Source of the DNA: Acidimicrobiales bacterium
Lineage (GTDB): Bacteria; Actinomycetota; Acidimicrobiia; Acidimicrobiales; RAAP-2
DNA length: 64,000 nt
Assembly (NCBI GenBank): GCA_035604685.1
Contig: DATNIB010000049.1
Coordinates: 8,324-72,323 of the forward strand
Reading direction: 5' to 3'
Position 1 is the first letter of the stretch, and every line of letters starts with the position of its first letter. Positions 33,310-41,891 of the stretch are shown piece after piece. Both the position numbers and the translations under genes were made by a program. Under the pieces are notes generated by a model. It was given only the letters and a program-made list of their open reading frames with translations, made no database searches and had not been told where the DNA came from.

Positions 33310-34578
33310 TTAGAGCACGCCCTCGGAGGCGTCCGGATGCCAATGGGCCAGGTCGGCGAGGCGCGGGTCGTTGGAGAAGACCTCGACGATCGGCAGGCGC
33401 AGGCCGAGGCGGCGTTGGATCACCTCGGCCTCCACCAGCTGGTTCCACAGGAGCAGGGTCACCGCGACGCCGGTCTCCCCGGCGCGAGCGGTGCGGCCGG
33501 ACCGATGGAGGTAGGCCTTGTGATCCTCCGGTGGGTCGTAGTGCATGACGATGTCCACGCCGTCGATGTGCAGGCCGCGGGCCGCCACGTCGGTGGCCAC
33601 CAGCACCGGCAGCTTGCCCGAGGAGAACTGCGCCAGGGCCCGTTCCCGATTGGCCTGCCGGAGGTCGCCGTGGATGGCCGCGCAGCGGACGCCCTCCTTC
33701 TCGAGCTGTTCGACCAGGCGGTCCGCACCGCGCTTCGTACGCACGAACACGAGGGAGCGTTCCTTGGCCCGGCAGATCGCGGCCGCCACCTTCACCTTGT
33801 CCATCTGGTGCACGTTGAGGAACCGGTGCTCCATCGCCGCCACGGTCTGGGTGCTCGAGGCGACCTCGTGGAAGACCGGGTTGTTCATGTGCCGGGACAC
33901 CAGACGATCGACGGCGCCGTCCAGCGTGGCCGAGAAGAGCAGGGTCTGGTGCGCGCGCTCGAGCCGCCGGAGCACCCACTCGACCTGGGGCATGAAGCCC
34001 ATGTCGGCCATGCGGTCCGCCTCGTCGAGGACCAGCACCTCGACGTCGGCGACGCTGAGCTCGCCCCGGTTCCCGAGGTCGATCAGGCGGCCGGGCGTGG
34101 CGATGACCGCATCGACGTGCTTGCGCAGGAGGGCCACCTGCTTCTCGATGTCGGCGCCGCCGTAGACGGCGGCCACCTTCAGCCCCACCACCTCGGCCAG
34201 CGGAGCCAGGACGTCGTGGACCTGGAGGGCGAGCTCGCGGGTCGGGAGGAGGACGAGCGCCCGCGGCCGGCACGGGGCCCCGCCCTTGGGCGGCGGGTTC
34301 TGGGCGGCCGCCTCGGCGCAGCGCTGCAGCAGCGGGAGGCCGAACGCCAGCGTCTTGCCCGAGCCGGTCTTCGCCCGGCCGCAGACGTCGAGGCCCTCGA
34401 GGCCGTCGGCCACGGTCAGGGCCTGGATGGGGAAGGCGGTGGTGATGCCCTGGTCAGCTAGGGCTTTGGTCAGCTCGACGCCGATGCCCAGGGATTCGAA
34501 CGTCCGGGTGGTCTCGTAGGTGTCGACGGAAGCGGGGGGATCGGGAGGTGGCTCCCGAAGAGCGCTCTGTAGGGTCAT
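33310..34578 (-). CDS. DEAD-box ATP-dependent RNA helicase
   Basis: Q-motif FPIQ, Walker A AKTGSGKTLAF, DEAD (VLDEADRM), SAT, and HRSGRTARAG. The start is ATG 34578 (MTLQSAL). Confidence 0.9.
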   Translation of the reverse strand: MTLQSALREPPPDPPASVDTYETTRTFESLGIGVELTKALADQGITTAFPIQALTVADGLEGLDVCGRAKTGSGKTLAFGLPLLQRCAEAAAQNPPPKGGAPCRPRALVLLPTRELALQVHDVLAPLAEVVGLKVAAVYGGADIEKQVALLRKHVDAVIATPGRLIDLGNRGELSVADVEVLVLDEADRMADMGFMPQVEWVLRRLERAHQTLLFSATLDGAVDRLVSRHMNNPVFHEVASSTQTVAAMEHRFLNVHQMDKVKVAAAICRAKERSLVFVRTKRGADRLVEQLEKEGVRCAAIHGDLRQANRERALAQFSSGKLPVLVATDVAARGLHIDGVDIVMHYDPPEDHKAYLHRSGRTARAGETGVAVTLLLWNQLVEAEVIQRRLGLRLPIVEVFSNDPRLADLAHWHPDASEGVL

Positions 34579-34717
34579 GCGTGGCTTTCTCTGTGCGGCA
34601 GGACCCCGTTCCGCTGAGAGGGAGGACACCGGGTCCGAACGACACCGGACACGGTGCCGCCATCCCCAGGGTAACAGGGGGCGGTCTCGACCCATCGCAT
34701 CGGGGTCCGCTCCGTGC

Positions 34718-35401
34718 TCAGTGGGCCCGCGGCGTCTCCCAGCGGACGACCATCGGATGGCCGGGATCATCGTTTTCGATGATGACGTCGGCGTGCCCGA
34801 GGGGGCGCTCGTTCTCCATGTACAGGCGCTGGGCCGGGAGGTAGCGCCGCTGGTAGCGGTGCTCGGCCTCCTCCACCGAACCGAACAGCGCCAGATCCCG
34901 GCGGCGCACCCGACGCAGGAGCTCACCGACGCCGACCGAGAGGAAGATCCGAAGCTCGAAGCAGGCGAGCAGCTCGTGTCGCAGGAGAAAGACGCCGTCG
35001 AAGACCAAGACGGCGTCATCTGGAGCGACCTGCACCTCGGCCGCGATGGGCTCGTCCCGCCGATGGTCGAAGACCGCGGCCCGGTAGCGGCGGTTCCCGC
35101 CCGGTCCGAGCGGGTCCAGTAGCTCGGTGCGCAGGGCCTCGAGATCGAAGGAGTCGAAGAAGCAGCCCTCCGGCGACAGCTCGCCCCGCCGGTATCGCTC
35201 GGCGCGCGGGCGATGGAACCCGTCGATCGAGGCGCGCACGACCGTCGTCCCCCGCTCCCCCAAGGCCGCCCCCAGGCGGTCGGCGAGCGTCGTCTTGCCC
35301 GCCGCGTCCGGTCCGTCGACCGCCACCCTGACCGGACTCGACCGCGGGACCGCTTCGATCGCGCCGATCAGGCGATCGACGAGTGCATCCGCCACCGCCA
35401 C
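34718..35401 (-). CDS. uridine kinase-like P-loop NTPase
   Basis: 227 aa with P-loop VDGPDAAGKTTLAD and FDGVFLLR, typical of the PRK/uridine kinase family. Confidence 0.6.
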   Translation of the reverse strand: MAVADALVDRLIGAIEAVPRSSPVRVAVDGPDAAGKTTLADRLGAALGERGTTVVRASIDGFHRPRAERYRRGELSPEGCFFDSFDLEALRTELLDPLGPGGNRRYRAAVFDHRRDEPIAAEVQVAPDDAVLVFDGVFLLRHELLACFELRIFLSVGVGELLRRVRRRDLALFGSVEEAEHRYQRRYLPAQRLYMENERPLGHADVIIENDDPGHPMVVRWETPRAH

Positions 35402-35490
35402 CTCCGCCCGCGACCGCTGCCGCTCGGCTGGAGCTGCACCGCGCCGGCTGTGCCATCGTAAGGGTCATCCGAGGAGCGTCGGGAGGATCG

Positions 35491-35958
35491 ATGGCCAGAC
35501 TGGAAGCGGGCGACAAGGCACCGGCGTTCACCCTGCCGGATCAGGACGGAAAGAAGGTCTCGCTCAAGGACTTGAAGGGGGCGCCGGTGGTCGTGTACTT
35601 CTACCCGGCCGACGACACGCCCGGCTGCACCAAGGAGGCCTGCCAGTTCAACGACAACCTGCGGGCGTTCGACCGGGCCGGCGTGAAGGTCCTCGGCATC
35701 TCGCCGGACGGCGCGGCCAAGCACACCCGTTTCCGGGAGAAGTACGGACTGAAGTTCCCGCTCCTCTCGGACCCCGACCACGGGGTCATGGAGGCCTACG
35801 GCGCCTGGGGGGAGAAGACCCTCTACGGCAAGAAGTCGCTCGGCGTGATCCGGTCGACGTTCCTGGTGGGCGCCACCGGCAAGATCGAGCGGGCCTGGTA
35901 CAACGTGCGCGCCGACGGCCACGCCGAAAAGGTGCTGGAGCTGGTCAGGACGCTCTGA
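35491..35958 (+). CDS. bcp: thioredoxin-dependent thiol peroxidase (peroxiredoxin Bcp)
   Basis: MARLEAGDKAPAFTLPDQDGKKVSL...YFYPADDTPGCTKEAC (PxxxTxxC motif). A GGGAGGA RBS lies 4 nt upstream of ATG 35491. Confidence 0.9.
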   Translation: MARLEAGDKAPAFTLPDQDGKKVSLKDLKGAPVVVYFYPADDTPGCTKEACQFNDNLRAFDRAGVKVLGISPDGAAKHTRFREKYGLKFPLLSDPDHGVMEAYGAWGEKTLYGKKSLGVIRSTFLVGATGKIERAWYNVRADGHAEKVLELVRTL

Positions 35959-36117
35959 ACCGTTGCGTCACGACGGCCTGAACGCAGTCAGGTCCCGCTG
36001 GACGCGTTCGACGTCGCGATCGGGCAGACCGGCCTCAGGCGCAAGCTCGGGTCACCGCCCGACCGCGTCGACGACGTCTCCGCCGCCAATGGATGTTTCT
36101 GCACCTGGGCCGACCTT

Positions 36118-36921
36118 TCATTGCTGGTGGACCGGACACCAAAAGCTCGTCCGACCCCCGACCTCTGTTCGCGCCAAAACGGCTCCGTCGCGCGGGCACC
36201 GCCCGTCCCGGCGACGCTCCTCCATCAGGTCCCCGGTGTGCGAACCCCCGCGGCCGATCAGGGCCTCGACGGTGCCCCGCACGCCGCGGGCCAGCCGTCG
36301 GACCTCGTCGTCGGAGAGGGCGTCACATGGCCGGAGCGGAGACAGGCCCGTCCGCCAGAGGATCTCGTCGACCAGGAGGTTCCCGAGACCGGCAAGCCGC
36401 GACTGGTCGAGCAACCGGGCCTTGAGCGGCGGACCCGGTGAGCGACGAACGGCGAGCACCGAGCGGAACTGGGTGACGCCGATCCCCCTGGCCTCGGGGC
36501 CGAGCACCGACTCGTCGGGCTCGAGCTGGGCCCGACCGAACCGGCGGGGATCGTGCACCGCCAGCTCACCCCCCTTGTCGAACGCGATCCGCAGTCGAAC
36601 CGCTCGCTCGGCGCTGGCGGGGGACGAGTACCGGAGGCGTTCGATCGCCGGTTCGCCGTCGACGACCAGGCTGCCCGTCATCCCGAAGCGAAGCCCGAGG
36701 ACGGGTCCGCGGGTCTCGGCTGCGGCGGCGGCCGACGTGTCGATCAGGAGCAGCTTCCCCCGCCGGCGGACGTCGGTGACGCGGCAGCCGACCAGTTCGT
36801 CGAGGGAGGACCGGGTCGGAGAGACGACGCGCGGGTCGACCACCACCACCCGGCTGATCCTTCGACCGAGGACCGCCGCCGCGGCCTCTCGGTACCGCTC
36901 GACCTCGATGAGTTCGGGCAC
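36118..36921 (-). CDS. Fpg/Nei family DNA glycosylase (endonuclease VIII-like)
   Basis: The N-terminal MPELIEVE carries the catalytic Pro2/Glu3. An H2TH region is present, along with a C-terminal zinc finger (CPRDGAVLARTEVGGRTSFWCPVHQ). Confidence 0.8.
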   Translation of the reverse strand: MPELIEVERYREAAAAVLGRRISRVVVVDPRVVSPTRSSLDELVGCRVTDVRRRGKLLLIDTSAAAAAETRGPVLGLRFGMTGSLVVDGEPAIERLRYSSPASAERAVRLRIAFDKGGELAVHDPRRFGRAQLEPDESVLGPEARGIGVTQFRSVLAVRRSPGPPLKARLLDQSRLAGLGNLLVDEILWRTGLSPLRPCDALSDDEVRRLARGVRGTVEALIGRGGSHTGDLMEERRRDGRCPRDGAVLARTEVGGRTSFWCPVHQQ

Positions 36922-36995
36922 GCCGGGACCGTACCGGCCGGGGCCGGGCGGGGGCCTCTCACTCCCCCCGTTCGGTCTCTGGATAGGGTGACGCC

Positions 36996-38120
36996 ATGCC
37001 TCCCGAGAAGCCGCACTGGGCCGACCTGTACAACGAGGTGGTGACCTCGGGGCTCTGCACGGGATGCTCCGCCTGCATCGTCGTGTGCCCCTACGACGTC
37101 CTCAAGTACGACGACGAGGGGGGCCGGTACAAGCCGTTCCACATCGACGCCGACGGCGGGGAGAAGGACTGCACCCACGGCGTGAAGGGCTGCACCCTGT
37201 GCACCAGGGCCTGCCCGCGTTTTCGGACATGGGAGCCCGAGATCGACACCTTCTTGTTCGGGCGCGAACGCACCGTCGACGAGGTGGACGGGATCTCGAA
37301 GGACATCGTCCTCGTGCGGGCCACCGACCCGGACATGCAGGCCGTCGGCCAGGACGGCGGGTTCGTCTCGGCCCTCCTCATCTGGGCCCTGGAGCACGAC
37401 GTCATCGACGCCGCGCTCGTCTCGGCCCTCGAGGGCGACGGCACCACCTGGAAGGCGATCCCGGGCGTGGTCCGCACCCGGGAAGAGGTGCTGGCCACTG
37501 CCGGGTCGCGCTACACCTACTCGGCCAACCCGCTGGCCTACGCGCAGGCCATCGAGGGGGGCGCCGAGCGCATCGCCCTCGTCGGCATGGGGTGCCAGGC
37601 CTCTGCGCCGCCCATCATGTCGGCCCGCAAGGCGGGCAAGGTGGCCCGCCGCTTCGTGCTCTCCATCGGGCTCATGTGCTCGAAGACCTTCGACGACGCG
37701 ATCTTCCCGGAGCTCTTCGAGGCCCGGTACGGGCTGGCCCGGGAGAACATCGCCAAGATGAACATCAAGGGGGTCTTCCAGGTCTGGATGCGCGACGGCT
37801 CCTACCACGAGGTCCCGTTGAAGGAAGCCCACGAGTGGACACGCGAGGGCTGCAAGGCGTGCCCCGACTTCGCGGCGGAACACGCGGACATCTCGACCGG
37901 GGGGATCGGCGCCTTCAACGACTGGACGCTCACCATGATCCGCACCGAGCGCGGCCGGGAGCTCTTCGACGCCATGGTGGAGGGCGGCGCGGTGACGGTC
38001 CGCTCCATCGACGAGGACCCCGGTGCGGTGGCGTTGCTCCGTCGGCTCAGCCGGGTCAGCCGTCGCCGCTGGCCGGCCACCGCCGTGCCCATGCCCGGCC
38101 GGATACCCGCTCCCGCCTGA
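36996..38120 (+). CDS. coenzyme F420 hydrogenase/dehydrogenase beta-subunit family protein (FrhB/FdhB-like) with an N-terminal 2x[4Fe-4S] region
   Basis: Ferredoxin-type motifs CTGCSACIVVCP and CTLCTRACP are followed by FrhB-like blocks (GQDGGFVSALL, AGSRYTYSANP, GMGCQA, CKACPDFAAEHADIS). Family-level call only. Confidence 0.7.
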   Translation: MPPEKPHWADLYNEVVTSGLCTGCSACIVVCPYDVLKYDDEGGRYKPFHIDADGGEKDCTHGVKGCTLCTRACPRFRTWEPEIDTFLFGRERTVDEVDGISKDIVLVRATDPDMQAVGQDGGFVSALLIWALEHDVIDAALVSALEGDGTTWKAIPGVVRTREEVLATAGSRYTYSANPLAYAQAIEGGAERIALVGMGCQASAPPIMSARKAGKVARRFVLSIGLMCSKTFDDAIFPELFEARYGLARENIAKMNIKGVFQVWMRDGSYHEVPLKEAHEWTREGCKACPDFAAEHADISTGGIGAFNDWTLTMIRTERGRELFDAMVEGGAVTVRSIDEDPGAVALLRRLSRVSRRRWPATAVPMPGRIPAPA

Positions 38121-38129
38121 CCGAACGGC

Positions 38130-38810
38130 TCAGGCGCCGAGTTGGCGCGCCCGCGCGAACACGGCGTCGAACATCGGCTGGGTCAGGGTCCCGGTAAAGG
38201 TGTTCTGCTGGCTCGGGTGATAGGAGCAGAGCAGGGTCGCGCCGGGCAGCGCATGCTCGGCCAGGTGTGCGAAGTGGGGCCGGGGCCGCAGGTCCAAGAG
38301 GGTCGCGATCGCCGCGGTGGCGAACTGCCCGAGCGCCACGATCACCCGGCACTGCGTGAGCGCCGCCAGCTCCCGCTCGAGATACGGTCGGCACGCCTCG
38401 CGCTCGGCCGGCGTCGGGCGGTTGGCGGGCGGGGCGCACCGGACGGCCGCGGTCACCCAACACCCGTCGAGCTGCAGCCCGTCGTCGCGCTCGGTGCTCG
38501 TCGGCTGGTTGGCGTAGCCGGCGCGGAAGAGCGCGCCGTAGAGCCAGTCGCCCGAACGGTCCCCGGTGAACACGCGCCCGGTTCGGTTCCCGCCGTGCGC
38601 GGCGGGCGCGAGTCCCACCACCACGAGGCGCGCCCGGGGGTCCCCGAAGCCGGCGACGGGTCGGCCCCAGTAGATCTGATCGGCGAACGACGCCCGGGGC
38701 GCGTGCGCCACCGACTCTCGCCAGGCGACCAGTCGCGGGCAGCGCCGACACGCCTCGATCTCAACCCGTAGCGCCTCGAGCACGCCCGGTTCGGGTTCGA
38801 GCCGGCCCAT
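38130..38810 (-). CDS. uracil-DNA glycosylase, family 4/5 (UdgB-like, Fe-S)
   Basis: CRRCPRL (Fe-S Cys), GLAPAAHGGNRTGRVFTGD, and SYHPSQQN. I placed the start at ATG 38810. The tracked start at 38843 would overlap the divergent neighbour. Confidence 0.8.
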   Translation of the reverse strand: MGRLEPEPGVLEALRVEIEACRRCPRLVAWRESVAHAPRASFADQIYWGRPVAGFGDPRARLVVVGLAPAAHGGNRTGRVFTGDRSGDWLYGALFRAGYANQPTSTERDDGLQLDGCWVTAAVRCAPPANRPTPAEREACRPYLERELAALTQCRVIVALGQFATAAIATLLDLRPRPHFAHLAEHALPGATLLCSYHPSQQNTFTGTLTQPMFDAVFARARQLGA

Positions 38811-38824
38811 CGGCGCAGCGTACG

Positions 38825-39574
38825 ATGTCGCCGGTGTCCCCACCCAGGAGCTCCACCTTCGCTCGCGGGCCGGCCCGCGGCGCGAGGACGAGGGCCGTCG
38901 ATCGGAGCGCCCCGCGCGCGGCGACGCGCCGGCGGGGGGCGCCCCCCAATATCACCGTGGCGCTGCTCGTCCGGCACGGCAAGACGCCGACCACCGGCAA
39001 GGAGCTCCCCGGTCACGCCGCCGGTCTCCACCTGGCCGACGAGGGACGGGCCCAGGCGGAGCGGGCGGCGGAGCGCATCGCCGCCCTGGAGCGCCGCCCG
39101 GTGGCTGTCTACGCCTCGCCCCTCGAACGCACCCGCGAGACCGCGGCGCCGATCGCCCGCGCCCTCGGGTTGCGGGTGCGGACCGAGCACGGCCTCATCG
39201 ATTCGGACACCGGCGACTGGACGGGGTCGCGCCTCAGCCGTGTCGCGAGGAAGCCGGAGTGGGCCCGGGTGGCCCGCTGGCCGGCCGGCTTTCGCTTCCC
39301 GGGTGGGGAGTCCTTCGCCGAGGTGGCGGCCCGGGCCAACGACACGATGGTCCGGCTGGCGGCCGCCCACCCCGGAGGGACCTTCGTCGCCGTCTCGCAC
39401 GCAGACACCATCAAGCTCCTGGTGGCGACCGCCGCGGGCGTGCCGCTCGACCTGTTCCAGCGCATCGTGATCTCCCCCTGCTCGGTCTCCGCGCTGGCCT
39501 TCTTCGCCGGGGGGCCCCCGGTCGTGCTGTGCGTCAACTCGACGGCCACCCTCTCGGAGCTGGCCATCTCATGA
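38825..39574 (+). CDS. histidine phosphatase family protein (MSMEG_4193-type putative phosphomutase)
   Basis: LLVRHGKT (RHG catalytic motif), SPLERTRETA, and SHADTIK. The Arg-rich first 44 codons are doubtful. The alternative start GTG 38957 gives VALLVRHGKT. Confidence 0.75.
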   Translation: MSPVSPPRSSTFARGPARGARTRAVDRSAPRAATRRRGAPPNITVALLVRHGKTPTTGKELPGHAAGLHLADEGRAQAERAAERIAALERRPVAVYASPLERTRETAAPIARALGLRVRTEHGLIDSDTGDWTGSRLSRVARKPEWARVARWPAGFRFPGGESFAEVAARANDTMVRLAAAHPGGTFVAVSHADTIKLLVATAAGVPLDLFQRIVISPCSVSALAFFAGGPPVVLCVNSTATLSELAIS

Positions 39575-40071
39575 GCGAAGAACGGGACCTCCCCCGCCCA
39601 GACCGCTTCACCGTGGGCGCGCTGGGCGAGCCCGGCGACCGGGTGTTCCTGCTGCAGTGCCAGCAGGGCACGGAGCGGCTGACCGTGAAGGTCGAGAAGC
39701 AGCAGGTCGCCGTCCTCGCCAGCTATCTCGCCCGGATCGTGCGCGAGCTCGGCCAGCCCGGCAGCCTCCCCGAGGACGCGTTCGAAGAGGACGCCGAGGC
39801 GGAGTGGGTCGTGCGCACGATCGGCGTGTCCTTCGACGAGGACGACAACCGGGTGGTCATCGTGTTGGAGGAGCAGGCCGAGGAGGACGAGGAGGAGAGC
39901 GGCCAGGTGGCGCGGGTCTCCCTCTCGCTGGAGCAGGCGGCCGCCTTCGCCATCCGGGCCACCGCGCTGGTCGAGGCCGGCCGGCCGCCGTGCCCGCTCT
40001 GCGGTCTCCCGCTCGACCCCTCGGGTCACGACTGTCCGCGCACGAACGGTCACCGCCCCCCGGCATCGTGA
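39571..40071 (+). CDS. DUF3090 family protein
   Basis: MSEERDLPRPDRFTVGALGEPGDRVFLLQCQQG..., an acidic tract EEQAEEDEEESG, and a C-terminal CPLCGLPLDPSGHDCPRTNGH. The ATG overlaps the upstream stop (ATGA). Confidence 0.7.
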   Translation: MSEERDLPRPDRFTVGALGEPGDRVFLLQCQQGTERLTVKVEKQQVAVLASYLARIVRELGQPGSLPEDAFEEDAEAEWVVRTIGVSFDEDDNRVVIVLEEQAEEDEEESGQVARVSLSLEQAAAFAIRATALVEAGRPPCPLCGLPLDPSGHDCPRTNGHRPPAS

Positions 40072-40802
40072 CGCCGTCCGCGGGCGCCGCCGCACCGAAG
40101 GAGCGTCCCGTACTCGATTTCCTCGAGCGAGGTGAGATGACGGTGCACGGCCGGTTCGCCGGCAGCTCGAACATGACGCTCCTCGTCTCGTGCACCCTCG
40201 ATGGCGAAGAGGTGCTCGCCGTCTACAAGCCGGCCCGCGGCGAGCGACCGCTGTGGGACTTCCCGAGCGGGCTCCACCGGCGGGAGGTCGCGGCCTACGT
40301 CCTCTCCGAGGCGCTCGGCTGGGGCCTGGTGCCCGAGACCCTCGAACGCCACGAGGCGCCCTTCGGCACCGGGTCGGTGCAAAGACTCGTCCCCGAAGAC
40401 GGCGCGTCCCACTACTTCACCCTGAAGGACGAGGCGCGGTGGCGGACCTCGCTGCGCAGGATGGCCGCCTTCGACGTGGTGGCCAACAACGCCGACCGCA
40501 AGAGCGGGCACGTGCTCCTGGCAGAGGACCGCCTCTGGGGCATCGACAACGGGCTGTGCTTCCACCGCCAGCCCAAGCTCCGCACGGTGATCTGGGACTT
40601 CGCGGGCGAGCCCCTCCCCGAATCGGTGCGGTGCGACCTCGAGCGCTTCGTGGCGACCGGGCTGCCCGATGGGATCTGCCAGCTCCTCGACGACGACGAG
40701 CAGGAGGCGGTGCTGCGCCGTGCCGCGCGGCTGGTCGCGCGCGCCGAGTTCCCCGAGCCCGGCGACGACGACTGGCGCCCCTACCCCTGGCCCCTCATCT
40801 GA
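40068..40802 (+). CDS. SCO1664 family protein (PI3/PI4-kinase-like fold)
   Basis: VYKPARGERPLWDF, a catalytic-loop-like NNADRKSGHVL, and IDNGLCF. The GTG overlaps the DUF3090 stop (GTGA). Confidence 0.7.
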   Translation: MTPSAGAAAPKERPVLDFLERGEMTVHGRFAGSSNMTLLVSCTLDGEEVLAVYKPARGERPLWDFPSGLHRREVAAYVLSEALGWGLVPETLERHEAPFGTGSVQRLVPEDGASHYFTLKDEARWRTSLRRMAAFDVVANNADRKSGHVLLAEDRLWGIDNGLCFHRQPKLRTVIWDFAGEPLPESVRCDLERFVATGLPDGICQLLDDDEQEAVLRRAARLVARAEFPEPGDDDWRPYPWPLI

Positions 40803-40820
40803 CCGGACGGCGCCCGCCGG

Positions 40821-41891
40821 TCAGTGCGGCATCTCGATGTGCAGCTGCTGGGGGAAGGTCGCCAGCACGGCCCGGGACAGGATCTCGGCCCCACCCGGCG
40901 AGATGTGCGTGCCGTCGGGCTCCCGCACGTTGACCTCCTGGCCGTCGGGGGTCGTGAGGTAGGGGGTGAATTGGCCCTGCGCGGTGCCCAGCACCGTGGC
41001 GGAGCTGAGGAAGACGACGCGCGGGTGCTTCGCCGCCTGCGCCTCGACGATCGAGTCGAGGTGGCCCATCTTGGCGGAGAGGACGGGGTTCTGCATCGGC
41101 GGCATGCCCACCCAGAGCACCTGGGCGCCGGTGCTGGTCGCCTGGGTCATGAAGCTCCCGACGCGCGTCGCGTACATGGAGTCCCACTCGGCCGACCCGT
41201 AGGGGACGTCGGGCGGCCCGATGAAGTCCTGCCCGTCGTTGGCGCCCATCATGACGATCACGAGTTGCGGGCTGTCGACGGGCAGATCGCTGGCCAGCTC
41301 CGTCGGCCAGTCGTAGTAGTCGGGACGGGTCAGTCCGGTCCCGATCTGGCCGTCCAGGGTCGCCTGGACGACGCCCGTGGCGAGGAGGTCGGGCACGAGG
41401 GCGTTGCCGAGGTCGATGCCGAGCGAGTCACCCACGACCAGCACCCGGAGCTCGTCGTGCGGGTTCGGGCGCAGCGGTGCGGCGGCGCTCGGCAGCGGCA
41501 AGGTGGTCGTGGTCGGGGGCTTGGTCGACCGCTTCGGCACCAGCGGGGCCCCGTTGCCGGGCCGGTTCCCCTGCCGCCCGAGCAGGCTGTTCAGCCCCGA
41601 CACGACGTGGCCCAGCCCGAGTCCCCGGCTGACCGCGGCGATCGGGCCCACCAGGTCGAGCGACACGGTCCGGCGCGTCCCGACCGGGGAGACCTGTGCG
41701 TTGTGCTGGAGCGTCGGCGCGTCGAGCACCAGCCAGAGCGCGAAGGCGAGCAGCGAGATCCACAGCACGCGGCGCCAGTCGGCCGCACGGCCGGCCGGCC
41801 GACGCGCGACGAGCAGGTCGGTGACGTCCTCGGCCTGGGCGCGGCGCTCGGGCGTGGGACCGGTGGCGTGCCCTCGGTCGTCGGTCGTCAT
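40821..41891 (-). CDS. membrane-anchored SGNH/GDSL hydrolase (DUF459-like)
   Basis: An N-terminal TM (VLWISLLAFALWLVL) and a Pro/Thr linker lead to SGNH blocks VVGDSLG, MMGANDG and DGTHISPGG. The start ATG 41891 overlaps the MBOAT stop. Confidence 0.75.
   Translation of the reverse strand: MTTDDRGHATGPTPERRAQAEDVTDLLVARRPAGRAADWRRVLWISLLAFALWLVLDAPTLQHNAQVSPVGTRRTVSLDLVGPIAAVSRGLGLGHVVSGLNSLLGRQGNRPGNGAPLVPKRSTKPPTTTTLPLPSAAAPLRPNPHDELRVLVVGDSLGIDLGNALVPDLLATGVVQATLDGQIGTGLTRPDYYDWPTELASDLPVDSPQLVIVMMGANDGQDFIGPPDVPYGSAEWDSMYATRVGSFMTQATSTGAQVLWVGMPPMQNPVLSAKMGHLDSIVEAQAAKHPRVVFLSSATVLGTAQGQFTPYLTTPDGQEVNVREPDGTHISPGGAEILSRAVLATFPQQLHIEMPH

Noticed and set aside
35963-36991. A 342-aa plus-strand ORF spanning the bcp-nei gap and the nei gene.
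   Set aside because: It is antisense to a well-supported Fpg/Nei gene, and its translation is Ser/Arg/Pro-rich with no domain.
38825-38956. The Arg-rich 44-codon N-terminal extension of the phosphomutase-like gene, considered as a signal or targeting peptide.
   Set aside because: Its composition looks non-coding and it would leave only 14 nt to the divergent udg start. The real start is probably GTG 38957. I kept the longer coordinates in the feature table only as an upper bound.
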